The notes under the pieces: model-generated
What the model was told of the DNA's origin: nothing
The model's database searches: none
Seen by the model: the letters and a program-made list of their open reading frames with translations, nothing else
Shown here: in pieces, positions 1 through 10,167 of the stretch
Position numbering within the stretch: the stretch's first letter is position 1
How the letters are laid out: every line of letters begins with the position of its first letter
Assembly (NCBI GenBank): GCA_042408215.1
Contig: JAYFMW010000008.1
Location: forward strand, 192,001-256,000
DNA from: Microcoleus sp.
GTDB taxonomy: Bacteria > Cyanobacteriota > Cyanobacteriia > Cyanobacteriales > Microcoleaceae
Direction: 5' to 3'
DNA: 64,000 nt
Made by a program: the position numbers and the translations under genes

Positions 1-3000
1 AGGAATCAGTTGCGTTGCATTAGCAAGATTATTGCTGCCCCGATCGACATTTGTTTGAGGAATTCCAGGGACTTTCACCGTAGGATGAGTCGGATCTCCT
101 GGTAACTGCTTGGCGATCGGATGTTGAGAAATGAAGACATCGGTAATACTTCGCTGTCCGGGTTTAAGCGTGTAAAGTTCCGGTATAGTTACCTTTGCCA
201 ACTGCACCGCAGCCGCCACATTCAGCAAGCCAGACCCAGTTTGAGCGTCCCAATTAGGTCGATCGAGGTCTGTAGCAGTACGCTTGATAATGTCAATTGC
301 CTGAGTGTAATTCAGCTTGGGATTTGCTGCTAAAATTTGGGCGATCGCATTCGTGACTTCAACAGCAGCAACCTCTGTGCTGGATGTATTGCCACTGCTA
401 CCGTTAGCGAGAATATCGAGAGTATTGCCGCTACCGGAATAATCTGCCAATTTAAAGGCATTGGATAGTGCAACGGAATCGTTAAATCGTTGAGCCGCAC
501 CGACAGTAACTACGTTGTCAACTTCCTTAGATAATAGACCGAGAGCCGACATTGTGCCTGAGTTATCTCCAGCGGGAACAACAACAATAACATTGTTCTG
601 ATATGCGTAGGCGATCGCCGATCGTTCTGCTGCCGTTAATTCCTTGCGGGGAATCACAGTTCCATCAGGCTGAGTTTGAGTCAGGTTGATGTTAATATTA
701 ACAACGGCATGGGGTTGCTTCGATACCTTAGCAGCATCCACAAATTTAATCAGAGATTCTACCCACTGACTCGAATTATCTTGAGTGCGATCGACTGGCT
801 GCGACGGGTTATTTGTGCTATTTTCTGGTTTTTCCCCTGCAACAATCAGACTCTTTTCCTCAGCAGGATTATCGACAGTCAAGCCAGTATCGTTGATAAA
901 ACCGACCAAAGGGCGATTTTCGACAGGAAACTCAAATTGTACTGCTTCGACTGGTTCGACTGGTTTAGGTTCGACTTTCACAACCATATCTTCCAGCCGC
1001 GAAATCAACGCCGCTGTATTATCCGAAATAGGATTCGAGCCAGTTTGCTCCCTCAACTTCTCAGTCATGGCTTCCAAACGAGCAATCGAAGTGCGATCGA
1101 TCGCATTTTCGGCAACAACATCAGCACCACCCAAATTACTCAAACGCTGTTTAATGCTATCCAATCGCGCAATCCAATCAGCATTGACATTATTATTGTT
1201 TTGTGCTAATTCCTGCTTAACCGATTCAGTCACCGCCGCAGTCGAATTATCCTCAGTTGGTTTTGCAACAGTTGGAGAAATTGGCAATAACTCTTTTGGT
1301 GCAGCATCATTAACACCAGCAGTCTCAGTCTGAGTAACTATCTCCTTGTTCCGCAAGTCTACAGCAGTATTCGTACCTACAACTGGCATAGTTTTCGCTG
1401 CTGTCGGCGGCACAATCGCTGGAGTTTCTTTACTCTCAACCGCCGCTGTTGGCTGACTTTCCTTCACCGACTCTACAGGATTTGCGGCTACAACAACTTG
1501 AGTAGTTTCAGTTTTCTCTACCTCAGTTACTAAAGCCGGCTTTGTTTCTACCTTTGTCAGACTTTCCGCTGGCAAAACTGATGGCTTTGTTTCTACCTTT
1601 GTCAGACTTTCCGCTGGCAAAACTGACGGCTTTGTTTCTACCTTAGCCTGACTTTCCGCTGGCAAAACTTCGGGTTTAGTCTCTACTTTTGTCAGACTTT
1701 CCGCTGGCAAAACTTCGGGTTTAGTCTCTACTTTTGTCAGACTTTCCGCTGGCAAAACTTCGGGTTTAGTCTCTACTTTTGTCAGACTTTCCGCTGGCAA
1801 AACTTCGGGTTTAGTCTCTACTTTTGTCAGACTTTCCGCTGGCAAAACTTCGGATTTAGTCTCTACTTTTGTCAGACTTTCCGCTGGCAAAACTGACGGC
1901 TTTGTTTCTACTTTCGCCTGAGTTTCCGCTGGCAAAACTTCGGGTTTTGTTTCTACCTTTGTCAGAGTTTCCGCTGGTAAAACTGACGGCTTTGTTTCTA
2001 CTTGTGTCAGAGTTTCCGCTGGCAAAACTTCGGGTTTTGTTTCTACTTTCTCAGTTGGTATCGTTGCAGCAACTTCCGTCTCAGTAGTAGATTGAGCTGG
2101 CAAAGTTGGCATCGCTGGTGCTTCGGTAACTTGGTCTTTTACCTCAGTTGTCGCTGCGGGAATAGGCGTTTTTTCAACTGGTAAATTTTCAGTCGAATCC
2201 GCCACAGTATCTTTGCCAGCAGTTGGTGTAGTTGTCGCACCTGTTGTCGGATTTGCATCTACCTTGTCGGTAGTTTCAACCTGAGTCGAATCACCCGAAT
2301 TATTCGCAATATCTTTGACTTTTTCCTCAGTCGTCACCGCTGGAGTAGTAGGCTTTGCATCTACCTTGTCGGTAGTTTCAACTTGAGTCGAATCACCCGA
2401 ATTATTCGCAATATCTTTGACTTCTTCCTCAGTCGTCACCGCTGGAGTAGTAGGCTTTGTATCTACTTTGTCGGTTGTTTCAACTTGAGTCGAATCACCC
2501 GAATTATTCGCAATATCTTTGACTTCTTCCTCAGTCGTCACCGCTGGAGTAGTAGGCTTTGCATCTACCTTGTCGGTAGTTTCAACTTGAGTCGAATCAC
2601 CCGAATTATTCGCAATATCTTTGACTTCTTCCTCAGTCGTCACCGCTGGAGTAGTAGGCTTTGCATCTACCTTATCCGTTGGTACAATCTTGGTTGCATC
2701 AGTAGTATTGGTGTCGGTATTTGCGACAGGCGCTGGAGTTTTTGGAGCCTCTTTATCTGAAGTTGATGGATTCAGAATTTCCGTTTCTAAATCATCAAGT
2801 AAATCCGATAATTCAGCATCTACATTTGGTTTTGGTTCCGGGGTAATGTAAGGTTTCGCATAAGCAATAAGTGCCTTGCCCAAATCAGTTTTCCGCCAAT
2901 CTTTATCCGGGTTAATCGAAGTATCCAACAAAGCAGTTGTTGCCGTCGCACCCCGCACTTGGAAAATGATATCATTATAATCCCTGTCAGTCCCCGAATC

Positions 3001-4737
3001 TAACCGCATATCCTCCATAACAAAGGTATTGCCTTCTCCCGTGAAATCCGCAATTTGACCAAAGTGAAATCCCTCCACAGGATTCGCCATAGCCATAGAA
3101 AATAAAGGACGTTGAGCACCCCCAATAGTCGGATTATCAAACACAGACTTTACACTACCATTGGGTATCAACATCACCCCATATTTACCCCCTGGAGTTA
3201 CCGCAAAACTCTTGACTCCTAAGTAGGCTCCTTCATTAGCATTACTCTCTCCTAACACACCAGAAAACCGCGCACCTTCTGTAACATCATCAATCACTAC
3301 ATGACCTTTCACAGAGTTACTTAAAGAACGTGCAGCTACTTCTTTAATGAATGCTTCCGAACCAGGTTCAAATTTCTCTAATCCGTCCAAACTGAAAAGA
3401 GCTAACTCACCTTGGAACATCCCACCATCAAATGTGTAGTCTACACGAATTTGACCACTTTGATCCGTAGTAAATATCCCCGATGTAAATGGAAAAATTA
3501 ACTTTTTGTCCGTAGTTTGTTCTAGTTCTTTTGTGGTTTCAGCAGTCGGTATTGAAGTATTTGCATTCTCTGTTTTGGTGTCTTCCCCGTTGCTGGTGGC
3601 GGTATTCGGTTTGTCCCCTGGCTTGGTGGCATCTGGGGAAGTAGCAACTGGTTTGTCGGTAGTTGCTGATGTTGTTGCAGCCGCAGATTCAGTCGCGGCT
3701 ACAGGTTTTTCCGGTTCCGATGTGAGAGTTGTTTCGGAGGTTGTAGCAACTGGTTTGTCGGTAGTTGCTGATGTTGTTGCAGCCGCAGATTCAGTCGTGG
3801 CTACAGGTTTTTCCGGTTCAGATGTGAGAGTTGTTTCGGAGGTTGTAGCAACTGGTTTGTCGGTAGTTGCTGATGTTGTTGCCGCCGCAGATTCAGTCGC
3901 TGCTACAGGTTTTTCCGGTTCAGATGTGAGAGTTGTTTCGGAGGTTGTAGCAACTGGTTTGTCGGTAGTTGCTGATGTTGTTTCCACCGCAGATTCAGTC
4001 GCAGCTACAGGTTTTTCCGGTTCAGATGTGAGAGTTTTTTCGGAGGTTGTAGCAACTGGTTTGTCGGTAGTTGCTGATGTTGTTGCAGCCGCAGATTCAG
4101 TCGCGGCTACAGGTTTTTCCGGTTCAGATGTGAGAGTTGTTTCGGAGGTTGTAGCAACGGGTTTGTCGGTAGTTGCTGATGTTGTTGCAGCCGCAGATTC
4201 AGTCGCGGCTACAGGTTTTTCCGGTTCAGATGTGAGAGTTGTTGCGGAGGTTGTAGCAACTGGTTTGTCGGTAGTTGTTGATGTTGTTTCTGTTGTTTCT
4301 GCGGTGACAGTCTTGTCATCAACAGGAGCTCCTGTAATTACATCTTTGTTGGTAGTGGGTTTTTCCGAAGTTGTGGTGCTGTTTGAGGAAAGTGGATCAT
4401 CTGATTTTGCGCCGGTGAGGGTGTCTGCGTCGGATGCTGGTTTAGTGCTAGCTGGTGCTAAATTCAGCGTGTATTTGATGTCGCCAGTTATCGGCAAAAC
4501 TTTGACTGGATAGTCTCCGGCTACTAAGCTGTCAGCGCTAATTGTTTCTGCACTGGTTCCCGCGTTGGTGGAAATGTAACCTGTTGCGCCGCTATTGTTT
4601 GACAATAATACGTCGGCATTCCCGCTTAAAACGTTGGGGGAAAATTCAAAAATTTTGGGAGTGTCGATATTTGTAGTGCCAACACTACCTGTGTAGGTTG
4701 TGCTGCCAGTCAATGCCCCGATGTTAAGTTCAGCCAT
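1..4737 (-). CDS. Large repeat-rich surface/secreted protein (PPC-like N-terminus, T/A/P/E-rich repeats, DUF4114-like domain, subtilase-like domain); 3' end runs off the window
   Basis: Absent from the ORF track because it has no stop in the window. ATG at 4737 (MAELNIGALTGSTTYTGSVG...). Segments translated by hand give ...FVMEDMRLDSGTDRDYNDIIFQVRG (DUF4114-like, ~2850-3500) and ...VIVVVPAGDN...NVVTVGAA...ILAANPKLNY...TATDL...GSGLLNVAAAV (S8-like, ~200-800). Confidence 0.8.
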   Translation of the reverse strand, partial: MAELNIGALTGSTTYTGSVGTTNIDTPKIFEFSPNVLSGNADVLLSNNSGATGYISTNAGTSAETISADSLVAGDYPVKVLPITGDIKYTLNLAPASTKPASDADTLTGAKSDDPLSSNSTTTSEKPTTNKDVITGAPVDDKTVTAETTETTSTTTDKPVATTSATTLTSEPEKPVAATESAAATTSATTDKPVATTSETTLTSEPEKPVAATESAAATTSATTDKPVATTSEKTLTSEPEKPVAATESAVETTSATTDKPVATTSETTLTSEPEKPVAATESAAATTSATTDKPVATTSETTLTSEPEKPVATTESAAATTSATTDKPVATTSETTLTSEPEKPVAATESAAATTSATTDKPVATSPDATKPGDKPNTATSNGEDTKTENANTSIPTAETTKELEQTTDKKLIFPFTSGIFTTDQSGQIRVDYTFDGGMFQGELALFSLDGLEKFEPGSEAFIKEVAARSLSNSVKGHVVIDDVTEGARFSGVLGESNANEGAYLGVKSFAVTPGGKYGVMLIPNGSVKSVFDNPTIGGAQRPLFSMAMANPVEGFHFGQIADFTGEGNTFVMEDMRLDSGTDRDYNDIIFQVRGATATTALLDTSINPDKDWRKTDLGKALIAYAKPYITPEPKPNVDAELSDLLDDLETEILNPSTSDKEAPKTPAPVANTDTNTTDATKIVPTDKVDAKPTTPAVTTEEEVKDIANNSGDSTQVETTDKVDAKPTTPAVTTEEEVKDIANNSGDSTQVETTDKVDTKPTTPAVTTEEEVKDIANNSGDSTQVETTDKVDAKPTTPAVTTEEKVKDIANNSGDSTQVETTDKVDANPTTGATTTPTAGKDTVADSTENLPVEKTPIPAATTEVKDQVTEAPAMPTLPAQSTTETEVAATIPTEKVETKPEVLPAETLTQVETKPSVLPAETLTKVETKPEVLPAETQAKVETKPSVLPAESLTKVETKSEVLPAESLTKVETKPEVLPAESLTKVETKPEVLPAESLTKVETKPEVLPAESLTKVETKPEVLPAESQAKVETKPSVLPAESLTKVETKPSVLPAESLTKVETKPALVTEVEKTETTQVVVAANPVESVKESQPTAAVESKETPAIVPPTAAKTMPVVGTNTAVDLRNKEIVTQTETAGVNDAAPKELLPISPTVAKPTEDNSTAAVTESVKQELAQNNNNVNADWIARLDSIKQRLSNLGGADVVAENAIDRTSIARLEAMTEKLREQTGSNPISDNTAALISRLEDMVVKVEPKPVEPVEAVQFEFPVENRPLVGFINDTGLTVDNPAEEKSLIVAGEKPENSTNNPSQPVDRTQDNSSQWVESLIKFVDAAKVSKQPHAVVNININLTQTQPDGTVIPRKELTAAERSAIAYAYQNNVIVVVPAGDNSGTMSALGLLSKEVDNVVTVGAAQRFNDSVALSNAFKLADYSGSGNTLDILANGSSGNTSSTEVAAVEVTNAIAQILAANPKLNYTQAIDIIKRTATDLDRPNWDAQTGSGLLNVAAAVQLAKVTIPELYTLKPGQRSITDVFISQHPIAKQLPGDPTHPTVKVPGIPQTNVDRGSNNLANATQLIP
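1541..2050. repeat. Coding tandem repeat, 45-bp unit (15 aa), about 11 copies
   Basis: Unit TTTGTTTCTACCTTTGTCAGACTTTCCGCTGGCAAAACTGATGGC recurs every 45 nt with variants. Confidence 0.95.
2257..2672. repeat. Coding tandem repeat, 102-bp unit (34 aa), 4 copies plus a partial
   Basis: ATCTAC(C/T)TT... unit starts at 2257, 2359, 2461, 2563, 2665. Confidence 0.95.
3641..4290. repeat. Coding tandem repeat, a second 102-bp unit, about 6.3 copies
   Basis: GTAGCAAC(T/G)GGTTTGTCGGTAGTTG unit starts at 3641, 3743, 3845, 3947, 4049, 4151, 4253. Confidence 0.95.
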
Positions 4738-5595
4738 TGGTACCCCTGAAAAATAGTTGCTGAAAAGTGTTCCTAAATGTATATCTGGGGGAACTTGAGG
4801 TTTTTATTCAAATTCCGGGATATTGTTACATAACTTTATATTTGGGCTGCCCGATCGCCCAAAATTTGCCATCTACCCGGCCTTGAATTTACCGGATTCA
4901 GTTGCTTCAAACTCTTGTGGGGTGGGCTTCTAGCCCGCCCAAAACTGCAATGCAAATACAGCCAAGCTGAGTTGCGCTATTTGTAGTATCAACACTACCT
5001 GTGTAGGTTGTGCGGCCAGTCAAGGCCCCGATGTTAAGTTCAGCCATTGGTACCCCTGAAATAGTTGCTGAAAAGTGTTCCTAAATGTATATCTGGGGGA
5101 ACTTGAGATTTTTATTCAAATTCCGCAAAATTGTTACATAACTTTATATTTGGGCTGCCCGATCGCCCAAAATTTGCCATCTACCCGGCCTTGAATCCAC
5201 CGGCTTCAGTTGCTTCAAACTCTTGTGGGGTGGGCTTCTAGCCCGCCCAAAAGTGCAATGCAAATACAGCCAAGCTGAGTTGCGCTATTTGTAGTGCCAA
5301 CACTACCTGTGTAGGTTGTGCGGCCAGTCAAGGCCCCGATGTTAAGTTCAGCCATTGATACCCCTGAAATAGTTGCTGAAAAGTGTTCCTAAATGTATAT
5401 CTGGGGGAACTTGAGGTTTTTATTCAAATTCCGCAAAATTGTTACATAACTTTATATTTGGGCTACCCGATCGCCCAAAATTTGCCATCTACCCGGCCTT
5501 GAATCCACCGGCTTCAGTTGCTTCAAACTCTTGTGGGGTGGGCTTCTAGCCCGCCCAAAAGTGCAATGCAAATACAGCAAATCTGAGTTGCGATT
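4671..5595. repeat. Tandem triplication (~309 bp) of the upstream region and first ~23 codons of the large surface-protein gene
   Basis: Near-identical units start at 4671, 4981 and 5289; minus-strand ATGs at 4737, 5047, 5355. Confidence 0.95.
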
Positions 5596-5785
5596 GAGTG
5601 TTGAAGGGGCTAAAACTCTTGATGCTGAAGCAATTTTCGGACTAAACGATCGACACGGACAACGCTATACCGTAGACTTGGAAATTATGGGAGTACAAGG
5701 ACAGCAGGAGATTGTCCGTACAGGTTGGATCGTAGAACCAGGCAGTAATGGGGCGAGACTGGTAACACTATTCGTTCGGAGGTAA
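5590..5785 (+). pseudogene. C-terminal fragment of a DUF6883-like putative toxin
   Basis: HGQRYTVDLEI.G...IVRTGWIVEPGS...RLVTLFV resembles the DUF6883 C-terminus; the 5' part is replaced by the third repeat copy; a DUF4926 gene follows. Confidence 0.6.
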
Positions 5786-5793
5786 GCACGATC

Positions 5794-6099
5794 GTGCCAG
5801 AATTATTTGATGTAGTTGAATTGTTAGTAACATTGCCTGAATCTAATTTACACCTAGGTGTTAGAGGGGCAATTGTTGATTGTTATTCAGATGGAACTTA
5901 CGAGGTAGAATTTAGCGATCGCTCTGGTGAAACTAGAGCTTTGTGTACTCTGTCATCCGAGCAACTTTTAGTTGTTTGGAAGGCTAAAGAAAGGCGTTGG
6001 TTGTCTGTATCGGAGCTATTAGCTGCGATGGTTGAACGTTTGTCTGATGAACGTCAGCAACAAATTTTAGAGTTTGCGCGTTCTGTGTCTCAGAAATAG
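5794..6099 (+). CDS. DUF4926 domain protein
   Basis: ELFDVVELLVTLPE..L..G.RGAIVD.Y....YEVEFSD..GET.A motif. Confidence 0.8.
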   Translation: MPELFDVVELLVTLPESNLHLGVRGAIVDCYSDGTYEVEFSDRSGETRALCTLSSEQLLVVWKAKERRWLSVSELLAAMVERLSDERQQQILEFARSVSQK

Positions 6100-6223
6100 T
6101 CTGTTTTGGCGGGGTTTTGAGAGAATCAGACAAACTCTGCACTTGGATTTAAAAGCTATTAATCGACTGTTGTCCGCTTGTATGTCACAATAAACAAGCA
6201 ATTATTATATTTTGAGTTATCCT

Positions 6224-7327
6224 GTGAGTCCTACTGCCCAAGCCAGCAATACCCTGAATGCGGATACCCAGCCAACCATGACCGCAGCCCGCCGCGCTGT
6301 TTTTCCCTTTACTGCCATTGTCGGCCAGGAAGAGATGAAACTGGCACTGCTATTGAATGTCATCGATCCGAAAATTGGCGGGGTGATGATTATGGGCGAT
6401 CGCGGTACTGGTAAATCTACCACAATCCGCGCCCTCGCCGACTTGCTGCCGGAAATTGAGGTGGTAGCAGACGATCCTTTTAATAGTCATCCCAGCGATC
6501 CAGATTTGATGAGTGATGAGGTGCGCGATCGCACTTTATCTCAAACTGACATCAAAATCGCCCGCAAAAAAGTCCAAATGGTAGATTTACCCTTGGGCGC
6601 GACCGAAGACCGAGTTTGCGGTACGATCGACATTGAGAAAGCTTTGTCCGAAGGTGTGAAAGCTTTTGAACCAGGCCTTTTAGCTAAAGCCAACCGTGGC
6701 ATTCTTTACGTCGATGAAGTCAATTTGCTCGACGATCATTTAGTCGATGTTTTGCTTGACTCCGCCGCCAGCGGTTGGAATACTGTGGAACGAGAAGGCA
6801 TTTCGATCCGCCACCCAGCTAAGTTTATTCTAATCGGTTCCGGCAACCCAGAAGAAGGAGAATTGCGGCCGCAGTTGCTGGATAGATTTGGGATGCACGC
6901 CGAAATTCGGACTGTAAAAGACCCGAATTTAAGAGTAGAAATTGTCGAACAGCGATCGAGTTTTGACCAAAATCCCGCAGACTTTCTCTCGAAATATCAG
7001 GACGAACAAGATGATATGCAGGAGAAATTGGTGGAGGCCCAGGAAAGGCTGAAATCGGTAAAGCTCGATCGAGATTTGCGAGTAAAAATCTCCCAAGTTT
7101 GCGCGGAATTGGACGTAGACGGACTGCGAGGCGATTTGGTCACAAACCGCGCCGCCAAAGCTTTGACCGCCTTAGAATGCCGTACAGAGGTCACAGTGGA
7201 CGATATTCGCCGAGTGATGACCCTGTGTTTGCGGCACCGATTGCGGAAAGATCCGCTAGAATCAATAGATTCGGGTTCTAAAGTGACCAAAGTGTTCGAT
7301 CGAGTATTCGGCCTAGAAACCAGTTGA
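6224..7327 (+). CDS. chlI: Magnesium chelatase ATPase subunit I
   Basis: [48 protein letters not shown] at 6224 preferred as start; ORF is open from 6212. Confidence 0.97.
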   Translation: MSPTAQASNTLNADTQPTMTAARRAVFPFTAIVGQEEMKLALLLNVIDPKIGGVMIMGDRGTGKSTTIRALADLLPEIEVVADDPFNSHPSDPDLMSDEVRDRTLSQTDIKIARKKVQMVDLPLGATEDRVCGTIDIEKALSEGVKAFEPGLLAKANRGILYVDEVNLLDDHLVDVLLDSAASGWNTVEREGISIRHPAKFILIGSGNPEEGELRPQLLDRFGMHAEIRTVKDPNLRVEIVEQRSSFDQNPADFLSKYQDEQDDMQEKLVEAQERLKSVKLDRDLRVKISQVCAELDVDGLRGDLVTNRAAKALTALECRTEVTVDDIRRVMTLCLRHRLRKDPLESIDSGSKVTKVFDRVFGLETS

Positions 7328-7332
7328 TAATA

Positions 7333-7467
7333 ACTGAGATATTGCATCATTCGTGTGGAAGCTGTAGGGGCGGGTTCGCCAAGGGTCTTAAAGCTTGCAA
7401 ATAGGCTAGATAAACCCGCCCGACCCCACGCAAAATCCCCTTATTGACAATGCTGCAATATCTCAGT
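7333..7467. mobile_element. MITE-like element with 14-bp terminal inverted repeats, enclosing a REP-like palindrome
   Basis: ACTGAGATATTGCA ... TGCAATATCTCAGT; internal GGGCGGGTT...AACCCGCCC. Confidence 0.55.
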
Positions 7468-7476
7468 AATTCCTAA

Positions 7477-7641
7477 TACCAATTTTTTATGAAGCTGCAT
7501 AGAATTCGATCCCCCCTAACCGAGGGCGGGCACGGGGGCACCGCCCCTACATTCGGGGGGGACAAGAGTCCAATCAAAGTCCCCCTTCTTAAGGGGGATT
7601 TAGGGGGATCGGAATATGTGCAACGACCCATTAAATTGGTA
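7477..7641. mobile_element. MITE-like composite repeat (TACCAATTT...AAATTGGTA) carrying a CCCCCTT..AAGGGGG element and a nested 29-bp REP-like unit
   Basis: Terminal inverted repeat visible; internal AAAGTCCCCCTTCTTAAGGGGGATTTAGGGGGATC and GAGGGCGGGCACGGGGGCACCGCCCCTAC. Confidence 0.55.
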
Positions 7642-7728
7642 TAACTATTTTAGGAAATAAGTACATCAGTCATCAGTGTGTAGAAAGCAAACAAAAAATC
7701 AATGACGGCAACTGATGACTAATCGCCC

Positions 7729-8268
7729 ATGAAAAAGATAATTCTCGGATTAGATCCAGGCTTAGCAAGCCTCGGCTACGGCGCAATTTCCTGTCAAATT
7801 GTCCCCGGAAAACAAGATGAAAACCTGGTTTCCCTGATAGATTGCGGCGTGATTAAAACAACACCAAAACAGGAAATGGGACAGCGCCTCAAAACAATTT
7901 ACGAAGATTTGCACTCCGTAATTGAACAAATAAAACCAGATGTAGCAGTAGCCGAAAAACTATTCTTTTACAAAATGGGAAATACCATACTTGTAGCGCA
8001 AGCGAGGGGCGTTTTGACCCTAGTATTAGCCCAGTGTGGAGTGCCGCTGTTCGAGTTTACCCCGTCCCAAATTAAAAAAGCCTTAACTGGGCGCGGGAAT
8101 GCTGACAAATCGGAAGTGCAAGAAGCCGTAGCGCGGGAGTTGGAGTTGGGTTATATTCCGAAACCGGATGATGCGGCGGATGCTTTGGCGGTAGCTTTAA
8201 CTGGTTGGTATGATGATGATATTTGTCCGAAAACCATACAAAAAACCTTAATTTCTAACACCATGTAG
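7729..8268 (+). CDS. ruvC: Holliday junction resolvase RuvC
   Basis: [32 protein letters not shown]. Confidence 0.95.
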   Translation: MKKIILGLDPGLASLGYGAISCQIVPGKQDENLVSLIDCGVIKTTPKQEMGQRLKTIYEDLHSVIEQIKPDVAVAEKLFFYKMGNTILVAQARGVLTLVLAQCGVPLFEFTPSQIKKALTGRGNADKSEVQEAVARELELGYIPKPDDAADALAVALTGWYDDDICPKTIQKTLISNTM

Positions 8269-8351
8269 ATGCGTAGGGTGCGTCGCCACGAGTAACTTTT
8301 GCTGCTTCCAATTATTATTGAGCGACGCACCCTACTACTACCCAATCTATT

Positions 8352-9722
8352 TTAGCGCCATTTCTTGCCAATTATAATCAGCAACATCGCACCCAACACC
8401 CCTGCAACAATTCCCAAACCAAGACTCAACCCAAAAACCGCATTCGCATCCATCGGATTTTGCGGAGGTTTAATTTGGCCTGCATAGACGCTAGCTGCGA
8501 CTCCGCTGGTGGCAATTCCCACACCTACAGCGCCGATGGTAAGATTCAAAGCGCGATCGCTCTTAGCCCTCTCAATCTCAATAATCCCCTCAATCGTCTC
8601 AATCGCATTTTCCAGCAACCTCAAACCCGCACTCAAACTCCGATTATCCGCCGCCACTTGCCAAACATACTTCTCCTTAGCAAAATCGCTGAAACTGGAC
8701 AGAAACTTAAAAGCTTCGGCATCATTTCCCATGTCCTTACCAATAGTTTCCAACCGTCTCTTATAATTTTTCAGATTAGTTTTGATTGTATTTTCTTGCT
8801 CTTCCAATCTACTGATAGAATTAGCATAAACCGAGAAAAATGTCAAGGAATCAACCAGACTTTGCTGCAATTCTTTCAAATCAACTTTCGGCGCATTCAC
8901 CTGATTTGGGAGTTGAGTAACAATTTGTTGAATCGTCCGCGCCGCATCTTTCAAATCATCCTTAAGTTGGCGGCTTTGAGTGTAAGCCCAAATCACCTTA
9001 TTGCGGAAGGCAAACAATCGCATTAAATGCACATAAAGTTTAGCGACACTCTTGCTAATATCGCCAATTGCTTGACCGTTATTGTAAGGAAACAAGCAAA
9101 TTAAGACATGATGATTTTGGCTGATATTACCTCTGTCTCCCGGTGGTAGCCACAATTCGTAAAAATTTGCATCTAAAAATTTACCCTCAGCTTTCAAGTC
9201 TCTATCCCATTTAGTATTCGTAACTAAATTGAGTTGGCTGTAGCAATTTTTAGCAGTTTCTAAAGCATTTTGGTCATCAGCAGTCAATTGTCCCCAAACC
9301 AGCCAACTTTGACCAATTGTCGCAGGTGGATTGACACGGGAGATTACTTGTTGTTGCAGCCATTCCAAACAGTCGATTTCTTTTGGTTTAAATTTGTTTT
9401 CATTGTCGGATTCGATTTTCCCAGACAAGTCAAATTGTGCCGCATAGGTATCGCCGATTTTCACGGGATAAGCATAGCCATCGAGGGGAGATTCAAATTT
9501 TGCTACTTTTTTCTCGCCCAGTAACTCGATATACTCAGCAGTTTCAGTTTCCGCTTGCTTGAGTTTTTCTAAATCTTTGTCGCCAGGAATCTTTTGCCAA
9601 AACTGTGCGCGATTTTGGCTAATCTTCTCGTCATTTTGCCCGATACCGTCTGCTAAATCGCAGATAAACAAATCGACAGTCGGGTAGATTAGCCAATTCT
9701 CGTTACTCATGGACAAAACCAT
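8352..9722 (-). CDS. Hypothetical protein with a long coiled coil and two C-terminal transmembrane helices
   Basis: 456-aa ORF; helical region followed by LTIGAVGVGIATSGVAASV and AVFGLSLGLGIVAGVLGAMLLIII. Confidence 0.75.
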   Translation of the reverse strand: MVLSMSNENWLIYPTVDLFICDLADGIGQNDEKISQNRAQFWQKIPGDKDLEKLKQAETETAEYIELLGEKKVAKFESPLDGYAYPVKIGDTYAAQFDLSGKIESDNENKFKPKEIDCLEWLQQQVISRVNPPATIGQSWLVWGQLTADDQNALETAKNCYSQLNLVTNTKWDRDLKAEGKFLDANFYELWLPPGDRGNISQNHHVLICLFPYNNGQAIGDISKSVAKLYVHLMRLFAFRNKVIWAYTQSRQLKDDLKDAARTIQQIVTQLPNQVNAPKVDLKELQQSLVDSLTFFSVYANSISRLEEQENTIKTNLKNYKRRLETIGKDMGNDAEAFKFLSSFSDFAKEKYVWQVAADNRSLSAGLRLLENAIETIEGIIEIERAKSDRALNLTIGAVGVGIATSGVAASVYAGQIKPPQNPMDANAVFGLSLGLGIVAGVLGAMLLIIIGKKWR

Positions 9723-10167
9723 CTGCGATCGACAATAAGATTGTATCTCGACTTGCTCGCACTGAGTCCTTAGCTTGCAAAATCTTTCCGAGGAATGCTT
9801 TAAAGCCGCGTGACTGGATTTTTGACTCGATTTGAGTCAGAATTTTCGGCAAATCTGTCAAATCGCTGATATCGCTAGCGCTGTTATCAGTTTCGATATT
9901 AGTAGTATTGTTTATTTCAAATTCAGCATCCGGTACACAATCTAATCCTGCGAGACATTCGTTGCTGTGATTCTTTAACCAGACACGATTTTTTTGATAA
10001 GCAGCTAACAGAGGAGGATGCAGTTTTGTCAGTCTTAGAATATCGGTAACTGTACAATTTTCATCGGTTTGATTAAACTCGGATTGGACATCGGCGGGCA
10101 ATGGTTCGGTTTGTTGGAATATTGCCACAATAAAAGCTTGAAAAATCTCGTCTTGCGTGTCTTTCAT
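9703..10167 (-). CDS. Hypothetical protein
   Basis: 154-aa ORF overlapping both neighbours (4-nt overlap at 10164-10167). Confidence 0.7.
   Translation of the reverse strand: MKDTQDEIFQAFIVAIFQQTEPLPADVQSEFNQTDENCTVTDILRLTKLHPPLLAAYQKNRVWLKNHSNECLAGLDCVPDAEFEINNTTNIETDNSASDISDLTDLPKILTQIESKIQSRGFKAFLGKILQAKDSVRASRDTILLSIADGFVHE

Noticed and set aside
676..4513. Plus-strand ORFs (676-1209, 785-1333, 3506-4513 and others)
   Set aside because: Antisense shadows of the repeat-rich minus-strand gene.
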